Positions 34,550 through 64,000 of a DNA stretch of 64,000 nucleotides are shown one piece after another; within the stretch, counting starts at the first letter, position 1, and every line of letters starts with the position of its first letter. The notes beneath the pieces are model-generated. The model had not been told where the DNA came from and made no database searches. It saw nothing but the letters and a program-made list of their open reading frames with translations. The position numbers were made by a program, and so were the translations under genes. Source of the DNA: Salpingoeca rosetta (Eukaryota; Protista; Choanoflagellata); NCBI GenBank assembly GCA_033442325.1, contig JAWQFM010000004.1:258819-322818 (forward strand), written 5' to 3'.

Positions 34550-35204
34550 CATGACACTGTGAACATGTGCCTTTCTTTGTCTTCGCCAACCTCACACAGC
34601 ACTGACATCTTGTTCTCTGCTCATACATATACACATACACACACACACACACACATACACACACTCGTCCAGTAGCGGCGGCACCAAGCCGCAGCAGCCG
34701 CAGCAGCGGGTGTCGCTGCGTGATTTGTCGCGCCGTGCCAGTGCGAAGAAGGCGTCGGTGCCGCGCGCGACGGAGGCCGCAGAGATGCCCGTGGTCGTCG
34801 TCACAGATGAGGCGGCGGCGCCCGCACCACACACCGACACGAGCACGAACACCGACAGCAGCACAGCAGTTGAAGGCGAGCGTGGCGCTGTTGACGATGA
34901 CGATGGTGGTGACGGTGGTGATGGTGGTGATGGTCGTGCGGTGAGAGCGACAACAGCAGCCGCGGGTGATGAGGTGTCGGAGGCAGATGAGGCCACCGAG
35001 GAGCAGCAGGAAGGTGGGGCTGTTGAGGGAGATGATGATGATGAGGGAAGCGCACCAAGCCGTGCCGCGGGGAAGAACCCGTCGGAGGCAACAGGTGGTG
35101 ATGGCGACAATGGGGAGAGCAGCGTCAGCGAATCAACACCAGCAACGACTGAAGTTGAACGCGAGGGCACTGTGCTTGAAGAGGCGCAGGGAGAGGAGCA
35201 GTAG
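30847..35204 (+). CDS. Cys-cluster / long coiled-coil / PDZ protein with Ser/Thr-rich basic region and acidic tail
   Basis: N-terminal CVSC..CSACWCFTC..CTC. A ~370-aa E/Q/A-rich coiled-coil exon (31616-32749). PDZ HFGFSVVGG..GPAAESDLHVGDFIVSING. Stop at 35204. Confidence 0.82.
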
Positions 35205-35757
35205 GTGCTCACGATGGGATTACGAGAACAGGTGCGAGACGGCTGTTCTGCTGTTGGTCTAGAGAGAGAGAAAGAGAGAGAGACAGAGAGAGACAGAGAG
35301 AGAGAGATTGTTGGCATGACAATCTTCTGTATACTACACCACCACCAACAACAACAACAGCACTGTGCGATTATTTCGCTGCATGGATGCATGTCCTTCA
35401 CCACACGACTCGTCGTTTACCTTCTTTTTTTTTCGTTGCAGCTGCTGCTGGAGTCCAGCACGTGCTCGCATGGCTGCGTACTGCGTATCATTATTTCTGA
35501 TTTGCTTCTTCTTCTGGTTGTTGCTGTGGGTGTGGTGCGAGGGAGTGAGTGAGAGAAGTGGAAGCGGAGAGACTGTTGTCCATCTCCTTTCGCGCTTGCC
35601 GCTTTTGTTTGCTGCTTTGCACTGAGCACCCATTCAAACCGACTCCAACGACAGTCAGTGAGTCGTGGCAGGGACGGTTGTGGCCATCGGCGAAGAGAGG
35701 ACGTTAGCGTGAGAGAGAGTGAGAGAGGGGGGTGATGGGCAAATGCAGTGATGTGAG

Positions 35758-35870
<113 letters not shown>

Positions 35871-36683
35871 GAGGAAGGACTTCGCCCTTGTTGCCGCATT
35901 TTGTGCGATTGCAACAATACGAAAGCAACAATACGAAAGCAGCCGAGACAAGAAGAGCCAAACGTGCAACAGACAACAGCAGTGACCTTCTTCCATACCA
36001 CCTCCTGCATCGCGCACTGCTGACAGCCTGACAGCNNNNNNNNNNNNNNNNNNNNNNNNNNNNNNNNNNNNNNNNNNNNNNNNNNNNNNNNNNNNNNNNN
36101 NNNNNNNNNNNNNNNNNNNNNNNNNNNNNNNNNNNNNNNNNNNNNNNNNNNNNNNNNNNNNNNNNNNNNNNNNNNNNNNNNNNNNNNNNNNNNNNNNNNN
36201 NNNNNNNNNNNNNNNNNNNNNNNNNNNNNNNNNNNNNNNNNNNNNNNNNNNNNNNNNNNNNNNNNNNNNNNNNNNNNNNNNNNNNNNNNNNNNNNNNNNN
36301 NNNNNNNNNNNNNNNNNNNNNNNNNNNNNNNNNNNNNNNNNNNNNNNNNNNNNNNNNNNNNNNNNNNNNNNNNNNNNNNNNNNNNNNNNNNNNNNNNNNN
36401 NNNNNNNNNNNNNNNNNNNNNNNNNNNNNNNNNNNNNNNNNNNNNNNNNNNNNNNNNNNNNNNNNNNNNNNNNNNNNNNNNNNNNNNNNNNNNNNNNNNN
36501 NNNNNNNNNNNNNNNNNNNNNNNNNNNNNNNNNNNNNNNNNNNNNNNNNNNNNNNNNNNNNNNNNNNNNNNNNNNNNNNNNNNNNNNNNNNNNNNNNNNN
36601 NNNNNNNNNNNNNNNNNNNNNNNNNNNNNNNNNNNNNNNCCGACCCCCACAAAAAAAAGGCTGTCCCGCCCCGCAAACGCGAG

Positions 36684-36777
<94 letters not shown>

Positions 36778-37020
36778 AGCACGCATATGAGTGTTTGTAT
36801 CCGTGCGTGTTGTGTGTGTGTGTGTGTGTTTGTGTGTTTGACTGCTTGTTGGGTGCCTGTGCCACCTTGCTTCATTGCTTGCTGTCTTGTGTTAGTCCAG
36901 CGCAGTGCATTTATCTTCATCTTCATAACAGAGAGTCAGGGAGCGAGAGCGTGCAACACGTGTGCTGTTCGGCATCACAATACAACGAACAAATGTGCTT
37001 CCACATATCGTGTGGCAGTG

Positions 37021-40769
<3,749 letters not shown>

Positions 40770-40949
40770 CTTGCTTGCTTCTTGCTTGTTGCTTGTCGTT
40801 CTGTTGTCTGCGCCAGTGCAGAAATACAGGCATATCATCCAGCAACTCTCCCAACTGTGCCAGAGGAGGAGGGAGAAGCTGAAGAACTCGCTTCTCTCCT
40901 TTGGTTCTGTGGTCTTGACTTGTTGACATGAGCTGTTCGCACGAAGAGA
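40770..40949. promoter_or_regulatory. Putative bidirectional promoter region (INTS11 / propeller gene)
   Basis: Divergent start codons 180 bp apart. Confidence 0.5.
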
Positions 40950-42254
40950 ATGAAGCAGGGCAAGAGAACAGGCTGCCTGCAGGCACGTGGTGGGTTGCTC
41001 CTCGCGTTGCTGGCGGTTGCAGTGTGCTGGATGCCGTTCAAGATCAGCAGCGTTGTTGGAGAGGTGACCATGGTGGAGGATGATGCGGGCGCGCTTCACA
41101 TCAACACCAGCGATCCAGCGAGCCAACCCGTGTTTGTGAACGGAATGAATGTGGATGCGCTGTTCGAGATGGTCACAGCGCAGCAGAGCATGCTGCAGGA
41201 GCACCAGCAAAACGTGCAGGCACAGCACAGTATGATTGCCAAGCGGCAGGACGTGATCAGCTTGAACCAAGCAAGGATCGACGCGCTGAGAGCTGAGGTG
41301 TGCAGTGCCAGCGCAGATACCTTCGGACAACTCAGCTCAAGCAACAACAAGTGGGTGGGCGGCGTGCTTGGCAGCAACGGCTTGATCTATGCCGTTCCGT
41401 TCAATGCGGACTCCGTTCTCATCATCGACCCGAGTACGCACACAGTGGACACGACCACCATCTCTGGGCTTGGGACAGACACCAACAAGTGGGCCGGTGC
41501 AGTTGTGGCCCACACTGGTCTCGTCTACATGTTCCCGTCAAGCAGGGCAAGCATGCTCATCATCGACCCCAACACGAACATATCTGACACGACAAGCATT
41601 GCGTCGCTTGGCTCTGGAGCCGATAAGTGGTGGAGTGGTATCGCGGCCGACAACGGCCTCATCTTTGGCATCCCCAGCAGAGGCGATTCTGTGCTGATCG
41701 TCGACCCAAGTACCAAGACTGCTGATGCCACCACGCTACGTGTAGTCGGCACACAAATTAAGTGGTACAGTGGCGTGCAATTGCCCAACGGCCTTATCTA
41801 CTGTATGCCCGTGTACTTATCGTCGATCCTGGTCATCAACCCCGCGACCCTCACCATCCAAATAGTCAGTGCAGAGAGAAGTAGCGGAGGTTACGGTGGT
41901 GTGCTTGCCAGCAACGGCCTCATTTTCACCATTGCTGGCCGCGTCTTCACAAGGCTTGTCATCGACCCATCCACCAACACCACGACCAAAGTCGGTGTTG
42001 CCGAGGAGGAGCAAACAGACATTCAGTGGATTGGCGCTGTGCCAGCCCCAAACGGCAACGTCATCGGCATTCCATTTTATTCCCCAGCGGTATTCATTTT
42101 GGATCCATCCACCAACACCGTCGATACAACGACCATTTCTTACCTTGATGCATCAGGAGGCAAGTGGTGGGATGGTGTTCTTGCCAACAACGGTCTCATC
42201 TACGGCATTCCACACAACACCGACACGGTCCTCGTCATTGACCCGGGATGCTGA
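40950..42254 (+). CDS. Intronless secreted or membrane-anchored protein: hydrophobic N-terminus, coiled coil, seven ~46-aa beta-propeller repeats
   Basis: A single 434-aa ORF with the repeat KWxGxVxAxNGLIYxxPxxxxSVLxIDPxTxTxDTTTI seven times. No microsatellites inside. Confidence 0.85.
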   Translation: MKQGKRTGCLQARGGLLLALLAVAVCWMPFKISSVVGEVTMVEDDAGALHINTSDPASQPVFVNGMNVDALFEMVTAQQSMLQEHQQNVQAQHSMIAKRQDVISLNQARIDALRAEVCSASADTFGQLSSSNNKWVGGVLGSNGLIYAVPFNADSVLIIDPSTHTVDTTTISGLGTDTNKWAGAVVAHTGLVYMFPSSRASMLIIDPNTNISDTTSIASLGSGADKWWSGIAADNGLIFGIPSRGDSVLIVDPSTKTADATTLRVVGTQIKWYSGVQLPNGLIYCMPVYLSSILVINPATLTIQIVSAERSSGGYGGVLASNGLIFTIAGRVFTRLVIDPSTNTTTKVGVAEEEQTDIQWIGAVPAPNGNVIGIPFYSPAVFILDPSTNTVDTTTISYLDASGGKWWDGVLANNGLIYGIPHNTDTVLVIDPGC

Positions 42255-42313
42255 GGCGCGGTGGTGCTGTTCTCTGTTTGACTGCTGCTGGGCCTCCAGT
42301 GTATAATGTTGTT

Positions 42314-42401
<88 letters not shown>

Positions 42402-42652
42402 NNNNNNNNNNNNNNNNNNNNNNNNNNNNNNNNNNNNNNNNNNNNNNNNNNNNNNNNNNNNNNNNNNNNNNNNNNNNNNNNNNNNNNNNNNNNNNNNNNN
42501 NNNNNNNNNNNNNNNNNNNNNNNNNNNNNNNNNNNNNNNNNNNNNNNNNNNNNNNNNNNNNNATCCCTGAACGTTCCATCACACACACACACACACACAA
42601 CACAACACACACACACACACAAAACTGAGAAACGGTGCAAACCTCAAGCACG

Positions 42653-50100
<7,448 letters not shown>

Positions 50101-50232
50101 CCTCACGCGTGTGTGTCTCGTGTTCAGTGGTGTGTGCGTGTGTGTGTGTGTGTGTGTGCATGAAAAAAAGAGACATGCACAAAACCGCGCACTCCCCCAA
50201 TACACCAAGCACCACAACCAACAACGACGAGA
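50101..50232. promoter_or_regulatory. Putative bidirectional promoter region (NAA25 / hypothetical)
   Basis: Divergent start codons 132 bp apart. Confidence 0.45.
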
Positions 50233-51631
<1,399 letters not shown>

Positions 51632-52330
51632 ACTCTGCTGGTCTTGTGTGTGCTGTGTGTGATTGTGTGTGTGTGTGTGTGATTGTGTGTGTGTGTGTGT
51701 GTGTATGTCTGTGCTTGTACGTGTGTGCCTGTGTTGCGTGTCTGTCTGCCTGTGGCTCATTAAGCAGCAAGCAAGCGGTGCCCACAACTTCAGCAAAGAA
51801 GACATCAACACGAGCATTGGCCGCCCCCTTGTTGTAAACCCCCGCTACAAATCCAACAAACAACAGCAGCTCAACAAGTGACAACTTTGGGATCAACGCA
51901 AGACAACGCAGTGCTGCTGCAGTAGGATGTCTGCTTACGACCTACAGCCGCCCTCCGTTGTGAGTTCACAAGCCCGGCAAGAGGACGTGTGTTTGCATGA
52001 AGTCTCTGCTGGAATAGTTGTGCTGTGCTGTGTTGTGCTGTGCTGTGCTGTGCTTGTGTTGGTGTCTGCTCAGTGCATGTGCGTGTGAGCATCATTGTCT
52101 CACCGCGTCACGGAACACACCGCATCGGCAGGCGGTGTCGTTCGTGAACGAGAGTCGAGAGCAGACGTTGATACCCTCGCGCGCCTTCTGCCGGCATGGC
52201 TTCTGGCACCCCGACGATGCGGTATGCAACTGCAGAACTTCACGCTGCACTGCATGCGTGATGTTGCTGTGGTTGGCACGGAACACATACACGTACTGTT
52301 GGGCAAAGTGCTGAGGCGACGCGCGCCGTC

Positions 52331-59500
<7,170 letters not shown>

Positions 59501-59759
59501 AGGATTGCTGTGTTCTGTTGCTTGTCTTGGTGTTGGCGTTGTTCTGCTGCGAAGAGCGAGGGAGGGGAGTGTAAGGAGTGTACACAACAAGCGGAGGTGG
59601 ATGTGAAGGGGTACACAAGCAGCCAGAGGCCAGATGAAAGCAAAGCAGGCGAGAGTGTGCGCGTTCAACAACAACGCCCAATTTCAAGTCAAACCTGTTT
59701 TGGGCCTGTGCTCGGCTGGCCTCGCCACACAACACAACACCCCACCACCACCACAAGCC

Positions 59760-60275
59760 ATGTCCGCTCCGAAGGAGACGACGACATCGTCCCTGCCTGT
59801 GGATGAGAGTCGTGAGGCCGTGGAAGCGGCAATCCAGTGCGCAGACTCAACGCGGCAGGTCGCAGAGGACGAAGATGTCACCGTCAACCGCAGCGTCAAC
59901 GGCATCCTCATGCAATACGCCAACAACACAAAGGTGTGTGCGTGTGCATGTGTTGTTGTTGTTGGAGCGTTAGGAGGGGGCGGGGGAGGAGGGGAATGAG
60001 ATGGGCAAGAATGAGATGGAGGGGAGGTGCGATGTGTGCGTGTGCGTGTGTGGGTCTGTGCTCTGAAGTGCCTGACGTGCATGCTGAAGCGTATGACGTG
60101 CGTGCTTGCTCTGTGCGTCTGCCCACAGATTGAGGTGTTGAGCAACGAAGCAACCCGCGTGAAGCTGAGCGACGGCACAGTCATCGAGAAGTTGTGAGTT
60201 TCGAGGCGGGGGAGAAGGCAGAGAGTGTGTGCGTGCGTGTGTGTGTGCGTGTGCGTGTATGTTTGTGTTTGTGTT

Positions 60276-60353
<78 letters not shown>

Positions 60354-60514
60354 GTTGACGCGACGGNNNNNNNNNNNNNNNNNNNNNNNNNNNNNNNNNN
60401 NNNNNNNNNNNNNNNNNNNNNNNNNNNNNNNNNNNNNNNNNNNNNNNNNNNNNNNNNNNNNNNNNNGTGTGTGTGTGTGTGTGTGTGTGTGTGTTGTTGT
60501 TGTTGTTGTTGTTG

Positions 60515-60585
<71 letters not shown>

Positions 60586-61226
60586 TTTGGAGCACCGAGG
60601 GGCACGCGGTGCATGAGATCTCACACCCTCATCGCCTTACCCGGGTGCCCGACATGTTCAGTCCCAATGGTGCGCAGACCATCTCGCTGCCAAACGGCGT
60701 CGTTGTCGAAACAAAGTAAGTGTGGCATGCGCTCAGCGTGACTGCGTATGGACAGTGCTCGAAGCACCAGTAGGGTGATTGACGACTGCATCAACGCTGG
60801 TGTGCACGCAGGCCCGATGGCACAAAGATGATCCGCAGCGCCAGCTCCGACAAGATCGTGAAGGAGTTCCCAGACGGCAGAAAGGTCAGGGGCGAGATCT
60901 GGGAGATGGGGAGAAGGGGGAGCAGGCGAGAAGAGGAGTAGGAAGGGGTGTGCCGTGGAGAGTGTTGTTTGTGATGAACTCGAGAGTGCGTGCTCATGTG
61001 TTGCTGTCTTGTCAGGTTGTCTTGAGTGCCGACAGCGCGAGCGAGGATGACCGTGCCGCCACCACCATCTCCCAGCCCCCACCAGACGACCTCGGTCAGT
61101 GCTTGTGTGTGCGTGTGTACTTGCGTGTGTGTACTTGCGTGTTTGTGTACTTGTGTGTGTGTGTGTACTTGTGTGTGTGTGTGTGTGTACTTGTGTGTGT
61201 GTGCGTGTGTACTTGTGTGTGTGTAC

Positions 61227-61260
<34 letters not shown>

Positions 61261-63923
61261 ATAGCTGATGTGATTTTTCCAGATGCATAGATGCACTCGT
61301 GTGTACAAGCTTTTGTGAGTTCTCACTGCTGCTTTGCCACTCTTCATCACGTTCCATCACACCACCCCATCACACCACCCCATCACACCCCGTCACCGCT
61401 CCATCGACCCCCGTCGTGCAGACGAGGACACGACGAGCGACGAGGAGGAGGAAGATGCGTTGGTGGAGGCGCTCCAGTCGCTGGCGGAGCAGGACGACGA
61501 AGACGACGACGACGCCGATGACGGCGACGATGGGGACCGCATCAGTGCAACTGCCGCCAGCGGTGCTGATGGCAGTGTTGCTGCCGCCCGTACAGGCAGT
61601 GTCTCAAAGCACGCCGCCGCTGCTGCTGCGACTGGTGGTGTTCGCAGCGTTGTTGATGGGGATGTGGTCGGCACTGGGCACGGTGATGGTGCGGCGATGG
61701 CGCAGGGCCATATGGGGGAGCGGGCAGGAAGCGTGAGTCGGACAGCGAGCAAGGACGTGGATGTGCCCATTCACAACAGCATCATCGTCTGCGGCTGGCT
61801 CTGGAAGGTGAGCCGGGAGGTGGGGTGGAAAGGGGGGGGAGGGATGTGTTGTGTTTTGTTGCGTGTTTTGTGTTTGGCGGGTGGCTTGTGTTGCGTTTGT
61901 TGTTGTGTCTTGTGTGGAGAGTGTTTTGCGTTGGGTGGGTGCTCTGGGTTGTGTCGCTGCGTTCAGCAAGCATGAGCAGCATGCGTCTCACCACCATCAC
62001 TGCATCATCGTTGGCGTTGCACAGGAGGGCGGGCAGATCAAATCGTGGAAGAAGCGCTACTTCCAGCTCACCGAATTCAACATGCTCGAATACTACGACC
62101 GCGAGGTGTGTGTGTGTGTGTGTGTGCTTGTGTGTGCTTGTGTGTGTGTGTGTTGTCGTGTGTGCTTGTGTGTGCTTGTGTGTGCTTGTGTGTGCTTGTG
62201 TGTGTCTGTGTGTGCTTGTGTGTGTATGTGTGTGTGTGTGTATTTTCGCCAACTCACCGTCTCCTTCCACCACCCGTGCATTCGTGTGATTCTCTGCAGC
62301 CGCACCGCGGTGGGCGGTTCATCAATGTCATCGATGTGTTTGGCGGGCAGGTGTGTACTCCCAATGGTGCCGGTGCTGTTGGCTTGCGTTTGTGACGGGT
62401 TTAGCCTTGCTTGCTTTCTTGTCGATGGTTGTTCCTGTCTTCCTCTGTACCCTTTCACTTGACGCTTCCCAACAACAACAACAACCCAATGCCCACAACA
62501 AGTGCACTACTCAACCACCCCCACCACCACCATGATCATGATCATGATCATGACGATGATGATAATGGCAGGTGACGCCGGCGGATGACGCGCGTCGCCC
62601 CCACAGCTTCCACCTCTACGTCTCGTGCGAACCAGGCACCGTCAGCAACAAGCGCAGGTGCTGTGGTGATGCTGTGTGTGTGGTTGTGTTGTGTTGTGTG
62701 TATGTGTGGGGAGGAGGGTTGTGTGTGCAGTTGTGTGTATGTGTGCGTGCGCAGTTGTAGCTGGTGTGTCATTGAGTGTCGTCCTTACCTTTTCTCACCT
62801 CGTCCTTGTGCCACCTGTTCTCGCCATCAACAGCAAGTACAAACTCGCCGCGCTCTCTGGCGCCGATCGCGAAGCGTGGATGGAGGTAGGTGTGTGTGTG
62901 TGCGTGTGTGTGCATGTGTGTGTGTGTGCATGTGTGCGTGCGTGCGTGTGTGTGTCTGTTGACCTGACATGCGATGGGAATGGATAGGTCGTGATATGTT
63001 CACCACAATCGCACGCACACACACACACACACAACAGAAACTGCGCGTGAGTGCTGCGAGCAAAGAGCGGAATCTGACGAGTGTGGAGCAACGACCCGTT
63101 GTGACGCGGAAATTCGCCAGCCGCGTGGTGTCGCTGGCAAAGGGGCCCTCGCTCACCAACACCGTCCGCAAGCTTGTCTCAAAGAAGAAGGTGTGTGTGT
63201 GTGATCGTGTTTGGTGTGTGTGTGTGTGTGATTTTGTGTCTGTGTCTTTGTGTCTGTGTGTGTGATCGTGTTTGATGTGTGTGTGTGATCGTGTGTGCGT
63301 GTTGGTTGTTATCTCGTGATTCCGCTTCCCTCACGTCACACCCGCCATCACCATCCTTTCCCTCCTGCACTGCCCTGCCCTGCGCCGCCTGCTCTGCGCC
63401 GCCTGTGCGCGTCTCAGGTCCGCTATCAGCGCGATGGATTCGACCTCGATCTCACATGTGCGTTTGCACGACGATGGTTCCGTGGGGTGGTGTTGATGCG
63501 CGAGCTGTTGCTGCCGCAAGCGCGTGCTCTCCTTGCTTTGCATGCCCGCGTGTGCAGGCGTGTCTGCATGTGTGTTGTTTGTGAGTGAGTGTGTCTACTT
63601 CGCTCACACACACACACATCTACGCACACACACACACACGCACACACACACACACGCATCCATCGACTGCGCGTGCAGACATCACGCCGCGCATCATTGC
63701 GATGGGGTACCCTGCGGAGGGGACGGAGGCCGTGTACCGCAACAGCTACGAAGACGTCTACCGCATGCTGCAGGAGAACCACGCCTCACACTACAAGGTC
63801 TACAACCTCTGCTCCGAGCGCGCGTACCCGGCATCCCGCTTCCACAACCGCGTCGCAGGTGTGTGTGTGTGTGTGTTTGTATGTTTGTGGGTGTGAATGC
63901 GTGTGTGTGTGTGTGGTGTGGTG

Positions 63924-64000
<77 letters not shown>
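59760..64000 (+). CDS. PTEN-like phosphoinositide phosphatase with N-terminal (P)xG beta-hairpin repeats, acidic linker and PH domain; 3' partial
   Basis: All exon junctions are phase-consistent. Repeats [73 protein letters not shown]-like [49 protein letters not shown]. The catalytic CX5R loop lies beyond the window. Confidence 0.88.

Noticed and set aside
40770-41330. N-terminal extension of the 614-aa INTS11 ORF overlapping the propeller gene
   Set aside because: It is the antisense shadow of the plus-strand gene; INTS11 similarity starts after the Met at 40769.

Overview
Eukaryotic, intron-dense genomic DNA saturated with (CA)/(GT), (GTT), (GA) and (CAT) microsatellites and broken by six N-gaps. 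Gene content and repeat style suggest a choanoflagellate such as Salpingoeca rosetta (inference). Manual splicing with GT-AG and phase checks gives 13 protein-coding genes. In order: an SSXT/SS18-like Gln-rich protein (-); TAM41 (+); a single-pass protein with a Hedgehog N-terminal-like (Hedge) domain, VWA and a cadherin-like repeat (+); a giant secreted Thr-rich mosaic with Kringle, DNRLRE, three FAS1, two furin-like and a Golvesin-like domain (-); a compact HIP/ST13-like co-chaperone (-); a two-domain ALDH16 (+); a Cys-cluster/coiled-coil/PDZ protein (+); INTS11 (-); an intronless 7-blade beta-propeller (+); NAA25 (-); an unknown protein (+); MCTP (+); and a beta-repeat/PH/PTEN-like fusion that runs off the right end (+). 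The most notable observations are the compact zinc-site-less Hedge-VWA receptor, the PH-PTEN fusion, the mosaic mucin, a GT-5'/CA-3' repeat polarity inside introns, and four head-to-head gene pairs with very short spacers. No RNA genes, transposons or CRISPR arrays were recognised. All homologies come from remembered motifs, not database searches.
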